Assembly (NCBI RefSeq): GCF_006345805.1
Contig: NC_043020.1
Coordinates: 8,804,001-8,868,000, forward strand
DNA: 64,000 bases
Reading direction: 5' to 3'
Origin: Octopus sinensis
Lineage: Eukaryota
The number at the start of each line of letters is the position of its first letter. The first letter of the stretch is position 1. The notes beneath the pieces were generated by a model. It was not told where the DNA came from. It saw nothing but the letters and a program-made list of their open reading frames with translations, and searched no databases. This document shows, one piece after another, positions 50,490 through 63,268 of the stretch. Both the position numbers and the translations under genes were made by a program.

Positions 50490-50730
50490 ATCATCATCAT
50501 CATCATCGTTTAACATCCGCTTTCCATGCTAGCATGGGTTGGACGGTTCAACTGGGGTCTGGGAAGCCTGAAGGCTGCACCAGGCCAGTCAGATCTGGCA
50601 GTGTTTCTACAGCTGGATGCCCTTCCTAACGCCAACCACTCCGAGAGTGTAGTGGGTGCTTTTTATGTGCCACCGACACAGGTGCCAGACGAGGCTGGCG
50701 AACGGCCACGCTCAGATGGTGTTTTTTACG
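50490..50730 (-). mobile_element. Family D retroposon, tail-to-tail with the previous copy
   Basis: (CAT)n cgtttaacatccgctttccatgctagcatgg...ggatgcccttcctaacgcc. Confidence 0.85.
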
Positions 50731-51003
50731 TGCTATATTATCAGCATTATCCTGCATTTGAGAACAAAATTCTTTCCTTATCTACATTGTCTTTTGTTTC
50801 AATTTTGAAAATAATGAAGAATTTAGTAAAATAACTGCCATTATTCAACTGGTAATAGGAACATAAATTAGCATGCAATTCCGATGGAAGGTTTTAATTT
50901 GGATCCGTTTAAAACTAAAAGTTTCTTAGAACATGTGGAATGGCATCAAAAGGGTTAATATCTATCATTTATCTTCCTTTCCAATATATGTTTCTATATT
51001 ATC

Positions 51004-51381
51004 GTGGAGGCGCAATGGCCCAGTGGTTAGGGCAGCGGACTCGCTGTCATAGGATCGCGGTTTCGATTCCCAGACCTGAGTGTTTATTGAGCGAAAACAC
51101 CTAAAAGCTCCACGAGGCTCCGGCAGGGGATGGTGGTGATCCCTGCTGTACTCTTTCACCACAACTTTCTCTCACTCTTACTTCCTGTTTCTGTTGTACC
51201 TGTATTTCAAAGGGCCGGCCTTGTCACTCTCTGTGTCACGCTGAATATCCCCGAGAACTACGTTAAGGGTACACGTGTCTGTGGAGTGCTCAGCCACTTA
51301 CACGTTAATTTCACGAGCAGGCTGTTCCATTGATTCGGATCAACCGGAACCCTCGTCGTCGTAACCGACGGAGTGCTTCCA
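51004..51381 (+). mobile_element. Family A SINE, full length, with 11-bp TSD
   Basis: TSD tctatattatc at 50993-51003 and 51382-51392. Confidence 0.9.
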
Positions 51382-51873
51382 TCTATATTATCACATTCAT
51401 CTCTCTTATATAAATCTCGTATAAGTGTCAGCTGATACCTTTCAATCAATAATCTCCCTCAAATCCACACACGACCTTTTTAACCTTGGCTACTCCCTTT
51501 ATCCACCATATTTCATAGAGAAGAAAAGGGTTTCAGTGGGCAGGTTGCCCTTCATATTTTCCTCAACCATTGGACAAAATATTCAGTTAGACCATTTACA
51601 TTCTGAGTTCAAATCCTACTGAAGTTGACTTTGCTTCTATAAAGTCCCAGTTGGATTCTTAGGTTTGATGGTACAGATTAATTCTCCTCTTCTTGAAATT
51701 GCTGACTTAGTATTTTCATCAGAAGACATTATCCCGCTGAAGGCAACTTTGCCTTCTATCGCTTAAGGGTTGATAAAGTACCAGTCAAGTACTGGAATCA
51801 GTGGCATATGCTTACCTTCTCCCCTCAAAATTGCTAGCCTTGTGCTAAAATTTATTAATATCATTACTATTAA

Positions 51874-52095
51874 CCCTTTTGATACCAACCTGACTGAAAC
51901 CACCTCTGGCTCTGTGGTACAAATGTCTTGTTTTCATAAGTTTTGAATTAAAATCTTCCACCAAACCTTAGTCACAATTTATGTTCCTAACACTAGCTGA
52001 ATGATAACTAAGTTATTTAACTAAATTCTTTGTTATATTTAAAATTAATTGAAAGAAACACAGAGCATCTGAACAGAAATATGGTAACAAAAGGG
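51874..52095. mobile_element. piggyBac-like MITE, complete
   Basis: TTAA|CCCTTTTGATACC ... GGTAACAAAAGGG|TTAA: 13-bp TIR with one mismatch and a TTAA duplication. Confidence 0.8.
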
Positions 52096-52208
52096 TTAAT
52101 CTTTTTCACTCTGTGGAATTTCCACAGGTCCCATTAGTATTGATGTTGAAGATGACCTCAACAGCAATAAAATCATTATTTCTTTCTTTCTTAAACACTT
52201 TCTCTTAA

Positions 52209-52418
52209 CCCTTTCAATACCAACCCGGCTGAAACTCCCTCTGGCTCTGAGTACAAATGACTTGTTTATAAAAATTTTGAATTAAAATCTTCCACCAGAC
52301 CTTAGTCACAATTTATGTTCCTAACACCAGCTTAATGATAACTGAGTTATTTTACTAAATTCTTTGTTATATTGAAAGAAACGCAGAGCATCTCAAAATA
52401 AATACGGTAACAAAAGGG
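52209..52418. mobile_element. piggyBac-like MITE, complete
   Basis: TTAA|CCCTTTCAATACC ... GGTAACAAAAGGG|TTAA; the body matches 51874-52095. Confidence 0.8.
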
Positions 52419-52422
52419 TTAA

Positions 52423-53585
52423 GGCAGTGTGCTGGCAGAATTGTTTGTATGCTGGGCAAAATACTTAGTGAAATTTTATTCAACTTCATGTTCTGAGTTC
52501 AAATCCCACCAAGGTCTACTCTGCCTTCCATTCTTTCTAGGTCAATAAAATAAGTACCAGTTGAGCACTGGGGTCGATGTAATCGACTTATCTTGTCCCC
52601 CAAAATTGCTGGCCTTGTGCCAAAATTTGAAACCATTATTATTTTTATTATTATTACTAGCAGTATCGCCCGGCGCTGCTCGGGTTTGTAAGGGAAATAA
52701 CTATATAAGCATTTTTAGAGAGTTACTTCCCTTATATAATAGCAAAAAATGCATTAAAAATGGGAAAAAATGATGGTAATTTTTTTTTTAAATCGTAGAC
52801 GTGTGCTAATACCCAGAAGGGCTCGATATGAATCACGACTATAAGATACCTGGTTTTGGTTAAACTGCACCGCAAAATGTGGGAGTAGTTAGGAATCTAA
52901 ATCGGAGACAGACACACAACCTTACTTTTATATATAAAGATTACCACTATTATTATTATTATTAAGGCAGTAGAATCATTGTTTTGTGGCATTTCATGTC
53001 AATGTTCTGAGTTCAAATTCAGCCAGGGGTGATGTTGCCTTTCATCCTTTTGGGGGTCAATAAAATAAGTACCAGTCAAGCACTGGCATTGATGTAATTA
53101 GCCTTACCTCCTCCCCAAAACTTGCTGGACTTGAGCCAAAATTTGAAACCATTATTATTATTATTATTAATATTAAGGTAGCAAGCTGGACAAAATGCTT
53201 AGCAGTATTTTGCCCATTGCTACATTCTGAGTTCAAATTCTGCTGAGGTCAACTTTGCCTTTCATCCTTTCGGGGTCCATAAAAGAAGTACCAGCTGAAC
53301 ACTGGGGGGGGTCAATATAATCAACAAATCCCCACCTTCCCCAAGCTGCCCTTATGGCAAAAATTTGAAATAATAATTATTATCATCATCATCATTAAGG
53401 TGGCGAACTGGCAAAATGCTAAACAGTATTTCGCCCATCATTACATTCTGAGTTCAAATTCTGCTGGGGTCAGCTTTGCCTTTCATCCTTTCAGGGTCAA
53501 TAAATTGAGTACAAGTGAAACACTGGGGTCAGTATAATCAAGTAGTCCCCTCTCTCAAAATTTCAGGCTATGTGCTTATGACAGA
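52423..53585 (+). mobile_element. Train of about 5 family C SINEs separated by (TAT)n, interrupted by a Helentron-like element
   Basis: Repeated TTAAGG..G..CTGG heads and TTCTGAGTTCAAAT B boxes. Confidence 0.8.
52655..52941 (+). mobile_element. Helentron/DINE-1-like element
   Basis: TACTAGCAGTATCGCCCGGCG ... ACTTTTATATATAAAGAT, inserted in a T-rich/(TAT)n site without a TSD. Confidence 0.65.
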
Positions 53586-53860
53586 AAAGATTATTACTAT
53601 CGGCACAACGGCTCCACTGCCATCATTACAAAAGGTTGCAGATGGTTGTTGTTTGAAGGTAGATGGAATGATGATACCATTGTGTAATAATAGCAGAACT
53701 GTTGTTGTTGTTGCTGGTGGTAGGGTAGTGGTAGTAGTAGCACCAACAGCAATAACAGCATCACTAACGGTAATAGTAAGAGTGGTGTGTGTGTAACAGA
53801 AACAGCACCAATAGTAACTGTGCATGTGTATGTATGTATATATGAATATATATATATATC

Positions 53861-54201
53861 TACTAGCAGTATCGCCCGGCGTTGCTCGGATTTGCAAGGG
53901 AAATAACTATATAAGCATTTTTAGAGAGTTATAGCCAAAAAATAGCAAAAAAATGCATTAAAAATGGAAAAAAAATTATGGTAAATTTTTTTTAAATCGT
54001 TGACTCATCGTAGACATTTTTAGAGAGTTACTTCCCTTATATAATAGCGAAAAAAATGCATTAAAATGGAAAACAATTATGGTAAATTTTTTTTTAAATA
54101 AGATACCCAGTTTTGGTTAAACTGCACCGCAAAATGTGGGAGCAGTTAGGAATCTAAATCGTAGGAGACAGACACACAACTTCACTTTTATATATAAAGA
54201 T
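53861..54201 (+). mobile_element. Helentron/DINE-1-like element with internal duplication
   Basis: Same termini as 52655. The catttttagagagtta...ggtaaatttttttt block occurs twice. Confidence 0.65.
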
Positions 54202-54470
54202 ATAGATAGATAGATAGATAGATTTGTGTAGTAACAGCAGAAATAACAGGAGTCTCACTAACAGCAATAGTGTGTGTGTTTATATATTTATTTATTTATA
54301 TATGAGAACAGGTGTACAGTGAATATATTCGTAGTAGTAGTAGTACTAGCAGTACCAACAACTGCAGTACCATCAAAAATAGTACAAACAGTCAACAAGT
54401 ATACCTTACATATACTTCGAGATATCTATATCTACCTATATATAACTACCTATATATATATATATATATA

Positions 54471-54714
54471 CCGGAGTAAACACATAAATGTGAAACAAGG
54501 TGGAAAAAAGAGTACTCAAATACCAGGGGTAGAGTAATATGCTTTATTTCAAAAGCAGCAGAAAATTCAGCAAAACCTGTTACTTGGAGTTTCACGTTCC
54601 CGTTCGTCGGACAGTTTTGTTAAAATAGTGAAATTTTAACAAAAACTGTCCGACGAACGGGAACGTGAAACTCCGAGTAACAGGTTTGTTGAATTTCTGC
54701 TACTTTTAAATAAA
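54471..54714. mobile_element. Second copy of the 24215 inverted-repeat element
   Basis: Same leader ccggagtaaacacataaatgtgaaac. Arms at 54543-54625 and 54633-54714. Flanked by (TA)n. Confidence 0.8.
54646..54683 (+). ncRNA. Minimal type-I hammerhead ribozyme motif (mirror copy on the minus strand at 54577-54614)
   Basis: CTGT-CCGACGA-ACG.GGAA.CGT-GAA-ACT.CCG.AGT-A-ACAG: all three helices fully paired, GNRA loop, GUA site. Confidence 0.65.
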
Positions 54715-54737
54715 ATATATATATATATATATATATC

Positions 54738-54795
<58 letters not shown>

Positions 54796-55849
54796 ACTCC
54801 TACAAATTGTATACACACTATATATTGCCATAATACACACAGCTACACTATATATTGCCACAACTAATTACACTATACACACACACACCGTGTGTATATA
54901 CTTCAGCATATACTGTAATATATGCGTGTGTATGTGCGTGTATATAGAGATATGTGGGCCATAAAACCCATGCCAGCATGGAAAATGGACAATATATAAA
55001 TGCACGTGTATATATAACTTATGCTATATCAGTAGTCTACACCTCTGTACAGCAGAATACATAGTAAACATTGTCCTTGTTCATGTGTATGCAGGTGCAT
55101 GATATTATTATTATAAAAAGGCAAGCTGGCAGAATCGTTAATGTATCGCGCAAAATGCTTAGCAGTGCTGTGTCTGTGTGTCTTGACATTCTGAGTTCAA
55201 GTTCCACCAGGGTCAACTTTGCCTTTCGTTCTATCGAGGTCGATAAAATTAAGTACTAGTCGAGCACTGTAATCGGCTCACCCCATTCCCCTCAAAAACT
55301 ATTGGCCCTGTGCCAAATTTTGAAGCCATTATTATTACACAGTTCTATATTTAAGAGATGAGGAATTATGTACATTGTTTACATTTGATGGATATTTTGT
55401 GTTAACAACAAAGAAGATGAGGACAAATATCTGTCAAATGTAAATAATGTATATTATTATTACGATTACTATTATTCCTGTTGGGGGTCAATAAATTAAG
55501 TACCAGTCAAATTCTAGGGTTGATGTTATTGACTAGCTCCCTCCCCCAAAATTTCAGGCCTTGTGCCCATTATTATTAATATTATTATTATTATTATTAT
55601 TAAAGAGAGAGAAACGAATGCATGTAAGAAATGTGTATTTGTATTTAAGAATGTTTGTGTGTGTGTGTGTGTGTGTGTAAAAACCATACACACAGACAGA
55701 ATTACACCATAGATCAATAGCCAAGTGCAAGACATTATTTCTAAATATGTCAGAATGATGTTTTCTCCACTGTCAATAATAACAAAAACAATGATTTCAA
55801 TAACAGCAAAACAAGCTAACAAAAGAGCCTCTCCCTCTACATAGTTGTT

Positions 55850-56740
55850 CAGTCTGCTAGAAATGGCAGTCAAACCTCCCTCAAATCCCACCCTGCTGTC
55901 TTAAATAAGCAAACTAGATAATGTGGTGTCCCACATACCCCTCCCTGAAAAGACAGGATGGTCATGAGTGGAATGCCTTTAATCAGTGAGAGTTAACCTG
56001 GGACTCAATGAAAAGAACAAAAGGAGCATCTCTAATATTGCTTGACATGCTAGAAATAGCAGCCAAGGTATTCGATAATTTAGTCCGACAGGTACAAATA
56101 GACAGGTTGGTCACAATTGAAAGCCTTTGATCAAAGGTTTGCTCAGTCAGAGTTGACCTGAGGTTAAACAATAACAACATAAGGAGCATCTCTATCACTG
56201 CTTGACATGCTAGAAATAGCAGCTGAAGCATTAAATAATGCAGTCCCAGAAATAAAAAAAATGGCGAGATGGTCACCACTAGAATAGCTCTATAAGCCTG
56301 CTTGAAGTTAGCCTAGGGCTAAACAACAACATAAGTGTCTATCTTATCTTGACGTGCTAGAAACACCAGCCAATGTATTGAATTATGTGGTCCTACAGGT
56401 ACAAAAAGACAGGATGGTCACTAGTGGAGTAGCTTTGATCATGGGTTTACTTGATCACAGTTAGCCCAGGGTTAAACAACAGCCAATGTATTGAATTATA
56501 TGGTCCTACAGGTACAAAAAGATAGGATGGTCACGAGTGGAGTAGCTTTGATCATGGGTTTACTTGATCACAGTTAGCCCAGGGTTAAACAACATAAGTG
56601 TCTGTCATCTTTTACCGTGCTAGAAATAGCAGCTGATTTATCAAAAATAAGGTGGCCCTACAGGTAGCAAAAGGACGAGATGGCCACAATTGGAATGGGT
56701 CTGTCCGGTTGGTCGAAAGCTGACCTGGGGCTAAACAACC
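55850..56740. repeat. Degenerate tandem array of family E units with a recent 113-bp duplication
   Basis: GCTAGAAA(T/C)..CAG / GATGGTCA / GGG(C/T)TAAACAAC recur about 6 times. 56367-56479 is nearly identical to 56480-56592. Confidence 0.75.
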
Positions 56741-56989
56741 TCAAAAACCAAAAAAAAAAAAAAAGGCAGCAATGACGACGACCACATCGACAACAACATA
56801 AACAACAGCAGCCATTGGTAGTGCAGGAGAGTGCAGCCATGAGTGATGAGGGAGAGAGGAGGAGGAGGAGTGGGGGAAAAGAGGGAGAGGATAATGTTGC
56901 AAGTACAGCAGCAGCAGCTACAGCAGAATAGTAGATAGGTAGTGGAGAGGGGGGGGAGTAAAGCATTAGGTACAGTAGCACCAAAGACA

Positions 56990-57020
<31 letters not shown>

Positions 57021-57267
57021 CTACATCACCTTAAATGGTAGTTGGTTGCTAAACAGTCATGAACTTGATAAAGGTTTTATTTTTGTTTCCTTTTAGTCAA
57101 AGTGGCTGTTGGTGCAACAAGAAACACCTGAATCGACCGACCCCAATATATTACAGGTATTCCTTTTTGCCTCCCCCCCACCCTCCGCTACCGCCACCTC
57201 TCCACTGCCAACGCAAAAGGGTGAAGAGAAGAGACAAGGTCGATCCCAGATGGAGTCGTATTCAAAT

Positions 57268-57347
<80 letters not shown>

Positions 57348-57429
57348 CGGGGGAATAAGAGAAAGACACAGGGAAGAGAGATGAGAATACAATAGAAGAA
57401 ATAATAATAATAATAATAATAATAATGAT

Positions 57430-58030
57430 GGTTTCAATTTGGGTGGAGGGGACTAGTTGATAACACTAATCCCCAGTATTTCACTGGTACTTAATTTATC
57501 GACTCCGAAAGGATGAATGGCAAAGTCGACCTCGGCGGAATTTGAACTCGGATCATACAGACAGGCGAAATACCTATTTCATTACTACCCACAAGGGGCT
57601 AAACATAGAGGGGACAAACATGGACAGACATAGGTATTAAGTCGATTATATCGACCCCAGTGCTTAACTGGTACTTTATTTATCGACCTCGAAAGGATGA
57701 AAGGCAAAGTCGACCTCGGCGGAATTTGAACTCAGAACGTAACGACAGACGAATTACCGCTAAGGATTTTGCCCAGCAAGCTAACGATTCTGCCAGCTTG
57801 CCACCTTAATAATAATAATAATAATCTCAAATTTTGGCACAAGGCCAGCAATTTCGGGGGATGGGATATATCAACCCCAGTGTTGAACTGGTACTTATTT
57901 TATTGACCTGAAAAGGACAAAAGGTAAAGTAGACATTCGCGGAATTTGAACTCAGGACATAAAGATGGACAAAATACCACTAAGCATTTGCCCAGCGTGC
58001 TAACGATCCTGCCAGCTCACTGCCTTAATA
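57430..58030 (-). mobile_element. Three family C SINEs, nested or tandem
   Basis: aaggatgaa(a/t)ggcaaagtcgacctcggcggaatttgaactc recurs. Confidence 0.8.
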
Positions 58031-58347
58031 ATAATAAGGCCAAAGACCTCTGAAAGTTTCATCCGAATCCATCCAGCAGTTTTTGAGATATCTTGTCCAT
58101 GGACAAATACAACTGAAAGCAATATCTTAGGCAGAGGTAATAATATTTTATAAAAACTTCACAAATAATAATAATGGGATTGAATTTGGCACAAATTTCA
58201 AGAGAGACGCAGCTGATCACATCGACCCCCGCCCCTAGTACTTAACTGTCCCTTACAGTAATCCCTCGCCCTATTGTGGTTTATTATTTAAGCTTATGTC
58301 GATTCCTCTGTGGTGTTGTTTTGCATTTATAATGAAATAAATACATA

Positions 58348-58516
58348 GGCGCAGGAGTGGCTGTGTGGTAAGTAGCTTGTTTACCAACCACACGGTTCCG
58401 GGTTCAGTCCCACTGCGTGGCACCTTGGGCAAGCGTCTTCTACTATAGCCTCGGGCCGACCAAAGCCTTGTGAGTGGATTTGGTAGACGGAAACTGAAAG
58501 AAGCCTGTCGTAGATA

Positions 58517-58549
<33 letters not shown>

Positions 58550-58770
58550 GCGTGTGTGTGTTTGTGTGTCTGTGTTTGTCCCCCTAGCATTGCTTGACAA
58601 CCGATGCTGGTGTGTTTATGTCCCCGTTACTTAGCGGTTTGGCAAAAGAGACCGATAGAATAAGTGCTGGGCTTACAAAAGAATAAGTCCCGGGGTTGAG
58701 TTGCTCAATTAAAGGTGGTGCTCCAGCATGGCCACAGTCATATGACTGAAACAAGTAAAAGAGTAAAGAG
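58348..58770 (+). mobile_element. Family B SINE, full length
   Basis: GGCGCAGGAGTGGCTGTGTGG head through the GTAAAAGAG tail. Confidence 0.9.
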
Positions 58771-59970
58771 TATACAAATTATAAAAATGATTTTAAAAAA
58801 CATATACAGTGCTGTTTCTGCTTCACAGATTTTCCCCTATTTTGGGGGTTGGAATGTAACACCTACAATAGTCGAGGGATTACTGTATTTTATCAACTCC
58901 TTAAGGATGAAAGTCAAAGCTGACCTCAGCAGAATTTGAACTCAGAACTTAATGAGCTAGAAGGAGTACTGCAATGCCCTTTTCTCCCCAAGATGTTAAC
59001 AGTTCAGCCAGCTTTTATTGCCGTAATGATGGTGACTGCTTTGCTACTCAGGCAACAGATGAAAGGGGGTGGAGGGCAATACAAAGAACAGACATAAAGG
59101 GGTTTACATAGAATAGGATGATATAAAAAAAAAAAGGGTACGAGTATACAATAATAACAAAAAAAGTGATAGTGATGCAATCCTGACATAGGATGACTTT
59201 AAGGGCCAATCAAAGAACCCCACCATTGAAGACCAGCTTGATCACAAAGGGCATGTGCCCTCGTGAATTCTTGTTCTCCAACTTACAGGTCTATACTTCA
59301 AGTGGTCCCCCCCCTCCACTCTTGTCATTTAAACCACTTTCACTCAACTTTCCATAAATTCACTCTAGAACAGCATCTCTCTCCCCACCCTCAGCCTTCT
59401 TTTTTTTTCTTTTATGTGTGACTTGTAGATGGAAACAAGGGCCCCACCAAAAGAGCAAGTCTCAACCTCAGTCACCAAACAGGAAAACTGCCTCTTCTGC
59501 CCAATTGAAGGGTGGCAAGGCCAGTCATCACCATAAACTCATCTGATAGCTGCATTTGCCCCACGTGCTGCGACGGTAGCTGCTGAACACAACAGCACAA
59601 GTCAGCAATGATTGGACACACAACAAACACACGCAGAACAATTCCATTGCTGTGCACAGCTCTTTCTCTTCTCTCTCATACAGACTGCTTTTGTTTGATT
59701 TTATATGTCAACTTTGTCAACTGATAAGTTCCCTGGCCCAAGGGGAAGTCTGTAGCAATTAAGAAGACAACGAATGACAATGTGTATGCTTGCCTTTTCC
59801 TGTGCTGAGGACAATGCTGACAGATTTTCTTCTGGCACAGGTTTGGTATCATGGTCTGCTTCACAGATGTCTGTTGTTCTTGTCTGTATTATGTTGCAAA
59901 ATTTTTTTGCTGTTGTTGTTTGTATTATGTTGTGGATTTTGTTGTTGCTGCTGTTCCATTAGTTGATTTG

Positions 59971-60555
59971 GTGAAGGCATGTGACTTAGCGGTTCGGTAT
60001 TTGGCATACTATCATAAAATTGTTAGTTCAATTTCCGGCGACGCATTGTCTCCTTCAGCAAGACGCTTTACTTCGCATTGCTCCAGTCTACTCAGCTGGC
60101 AAAAATGAGGTGTACCGGTAATTCAAAGGGGGCCAGCCATGTCACATTCTGTATCACGCTGCATCTCCCTGACAACTATGTCAAAGGGAACACGTGTCTG
60201 TGGAGTGCTCAGCCACTTGCACATCAATTTCATGACCAAGCTTTCCATTGATCAACTGGAACCCTCATTGTCATAACCAAGAGGGAGCCAGTTATTGTAG
60301 CATGATTTCCAGTGGTTCCTGGCTGTGCATTTTGTCCTTGAGCAAGACACTTTATTTCATGTTGCTCCAGTTCACTCAGCTGGCAAAAACAAGCTGTGCC
60401 TGTATTTCAAAAGGGCCCAGCCTTGTCATATTCTGTGTCACCCTGAATCTCCCTGAGAACTAAGTTAAGGGCATGTGTGCCTGTAGAGTGCTCAGCCGCT
60501 TTAACGTTAATATCACAAGCAGGCTGTTCCACTGATCAGATTAAACTGGAACTCT
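59971..60555 (+). mobile_element. Two diverged family A-related SINEs
   Basis: ctccagtYYactcagctggcaaaa, gtggagtgctcagccactt and ggaaccctc blocks occur twice. Confidence 0.65.
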
Positions 60556-60563
60556 CCTCACAG

Positions 60564-60850
60564 TGACTGGGGTCGATGTAATCGACTTAATCCTTTTGTC
60601 TGTCTTTGTTTGTCCCCTCTATGTTTAGCCCCTGTGGGCAATAAAGAAATAAGAAACATTAGCATGCCGGGTAAAACGCTTAGTGGTATTTCGTCTGTCT
60701 TTACGTTCTGAGTTCGAATTCCACTGAGGTCGACTTTGCCTTTCATCATTTCGGGGTCGATAAATTACATACCAGTTGCATATTGGGCCGATCTAATCGA
60801 CTGGACCCCTACCCCCAAATTTTGGGCCTTGTGCCTAGGGTAGAAAAGAG
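60564..60850 (+). mobile_element. Family C SINE fragments
   Basis: A 3' part, then a second copy with GAGTTCGAATTCC. Confidence 0.75.
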
Positions 60851-61182
60851 TATGGATTAACCGATTTTTAACCAACATACCATTGTTTCCCTGACTATTT
60901 CTTCAAAAAGGTCACAATGTACAAGTAAAGAAGCTTTTTGGTTTCCAAAATTCACCAACTGTTGGAGACACCTCAATTTGCCATATTTTTTCTCCACAAG
61001 TAATAGATTCAGTTACTTTGGGTAGCTCCTGCCAAGTTCACCTTCTTTGAGTGATTGTTGAGGGTGCTGGTGAACAAAAGTTGCTACAGAGAACAAGGTG
61101 TTGGTGACGGAAAAGAGGTGGTACCAACTGTTGTTGTGATATCCATTATGCAGGGTCATCAATCTTTCTTTTATACCTTTTC

Positions 61183-61576
61183 GTGTTCCAGTCATCAGAC
61201 TGTGGCCATGCTGGAGCACCGCTTTGAAGCATTTTAGTCAATCAAATCGACCGCAGTACTAGTTCATTTTTTCTAAAGCTGATACTTATTCTATCAGTCT
61301 TTTTTGTTGAACTGCTAAGTTACAGGGATGTAAACATGCCAGCATGGGTTGTCAAGCAATGGTGGGGAACAAATACAGGCACAGACATACACATACAAAT
61401 GATATATGACAGGCTTCTTTCAGTTTCCCCCCCACAACTAAATCCACTCCTAAGGTTTTGGTGAGCCTGAGGCTTTAGTAGAAGACACTTGCCGAAGGTG
61501 ACAAGCAGTGGGACTGAACCTAGAACCAAGGGGTTGGGAAGCAAACTTTTTACCACACACACAACCATACCTGCAC
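61183..61576 (-). mobile_element. Diverged family B SINE
   Basis: cagtcatcagactgtggccatgctggagcaccgc...ccatacctgcacc. Confidence 0.7.
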
Positions 61577-61844
61577 CTATTTGAGAAATTTGTCACTTTA
61601 TTCCTGCGTGTTCTCACCAGATGTTTTGTTGCTGTGGTGGTGGTAGTGGTGGTGGTATTACCAGGAACCAGAATGAATGTGGCAGTAGTAACGGAGCAAT
61701 TGAGAAGATGGCAGAGTTACCACTTGTTGTTGCGAGATTTTTGTTAATGTACCCTGTCTCCTTTAAGGCTCCCAACCATGGGGGAAACCCTATTCTTGCT
61801 GTTGTTTCTGCTCTATTCATTTTCCTCCACTGTGGTTTTACAAT

Positions 61845-62040
61845 GGTAGTGGTGGTTGTTGTGGTGGTGGTGGTGGGTGTGGTTGTGGTGGTTGGTGGTG
61901 GTGGGTGTGGTTGTGTTGGTGGTTGTTGTGGTGGTGGTGGGTGTGGTTGTGTTGGTGGTGGTGGTGGGTGTGGTTGTGTTGGGGGGTGTGTTGATGGTTG
62001 ATTGTATTGTTGGCGGTAGTGGCGGTTGTGTTGTTGGTAC
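61845..62040. repeat. (GGT)/(GTT) low-complexity array
   Basis: Direct inspection. Confidence 0.85.
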
Positions 62041-62494
62041 TGATAGCAGTGGTGATGGCCATACCATTGTGTTTGACATCATTATTTGGCTGTGTTTTTG
62101 TTACCATGACAACAACATTGTTATCAGTTTCAATTGCAGCCGCATAAACACTAGACTTTGGAGAACACAAAAAAAAAAAAGAAAGAAAGAAACCCCCTCT
62201 CACTTTCTCTGCCACACTTCATTTTCACTTTCTTTTCTTATGCAAGATCAAATATTAATATAGAATGGTTCAATGCTATTATTTGTCTTTTCTTTTTTTT
62301 TTTTTTTGTTTTTAACAAAAACATGAAAATTTCAAAGCTTCAAAAATATTAAAAAGGCCCAATGCTCCTACTGGGCTGTCATTACAATAAAAACCACAAC
62401 AAAACAGATGCACTCCTCTTTTCAATGGCCATAAGACAAAAAAACCCCAAAAAAACAGGCACACAAACACTCAAGGGAATGGAAAAACTTTACA

Positions 62495-62901
62495 GGCACA
62501 GGAGTGGCTGCGTGGTAAGTAGCTTGCTAACCAACCACATGGTTCCGGGTTCAGTCCCACTGCATGGCACCTTGGGCAAGTGTCTTCTGCTATAGCCTCA
62601 GGCTGACCAATGCCTTGTGAGTGGATTTGGTAGACGGAAACTGAAAGAAGCCTGTCGTATATATATGTATGTGTGTGTGTATATGTTTGTGTGTCTGTGT
62701 TTGTCCCTCTAGCATTGCTTGACAACCGATGCTGGTGTGTTTACGTCCCCGTCACTTAGCGGTTCGTCAAAAGAGACCAATAGAATAAGTACTGGGCTTA
62801 CAAAAAGAATAAGTTCCGGGGTCGAATTGCTCGATTAAAGGTGGTGCTCCAGCATGGCCGCAGTCAAATGACTGAAACAAGTAAAAGAGAGTAAAAGAGA
62901 G
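62495..62901 (+). mobile_element. Family B SINE, full length
   Basis: GGCACAGGAGTGGCTGCGTGG head through the (GTAAAAGAGA)2 tail. Confidence 0.9.
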
Positions 62902-63088
62902 TGCCCCCAAATCATCCTGGCTTCTTTACACCACAGTAAATACAACAACATTGGCAGAATTATGAGAGGGCTAGATAAAGCCCTTTGAGGATTTTGTTTC
63001 AGCTCTTTATGAACTGTTTAAATCCAGCTGAAATGAACTTTACTTCTCATCCTTTTGGGGTCAGTGAAACAGGTACCAGTTGATGTAT

Positions 63089-63268
63089 ATAATTGGAGGT
63101 ATGTGAAATTGGGGTCAGTGAAATAAGTACAAGCTGGTGTATATAATTGGGGCCATGTATCTTCTCTAGAGCAAGATACATAATTGGGGGTATGTGAAAT
63201 TGGGGTCAGTGAAATAAGTACAAGCTGGTGTATATAATTGGGGCCATGTATCTTCTCTAGAGCAAGAC
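63089..63268. repeat. 91-bp tandem duplication
   Basis: aattgg(a/g)ggtatgtgaaatt...tctagagcaaga at 63091 and 63182. Confidence 0.9.

Noticed and set aside
59661-59840. Exon after a strong polypyrimidine acceptor (ctctttctcttctctctcatacag)
   Set aside because: The tract may be a CT microsatellite, the downstream frames have stops or no recognisable homology, and the donor is weak. RNA-seq would be needed.
61621-62001. 126-aa ORF starting right after ttctcaccag
   Set aside because: Largely GGT/GTT low complexity with no recognisable domain.
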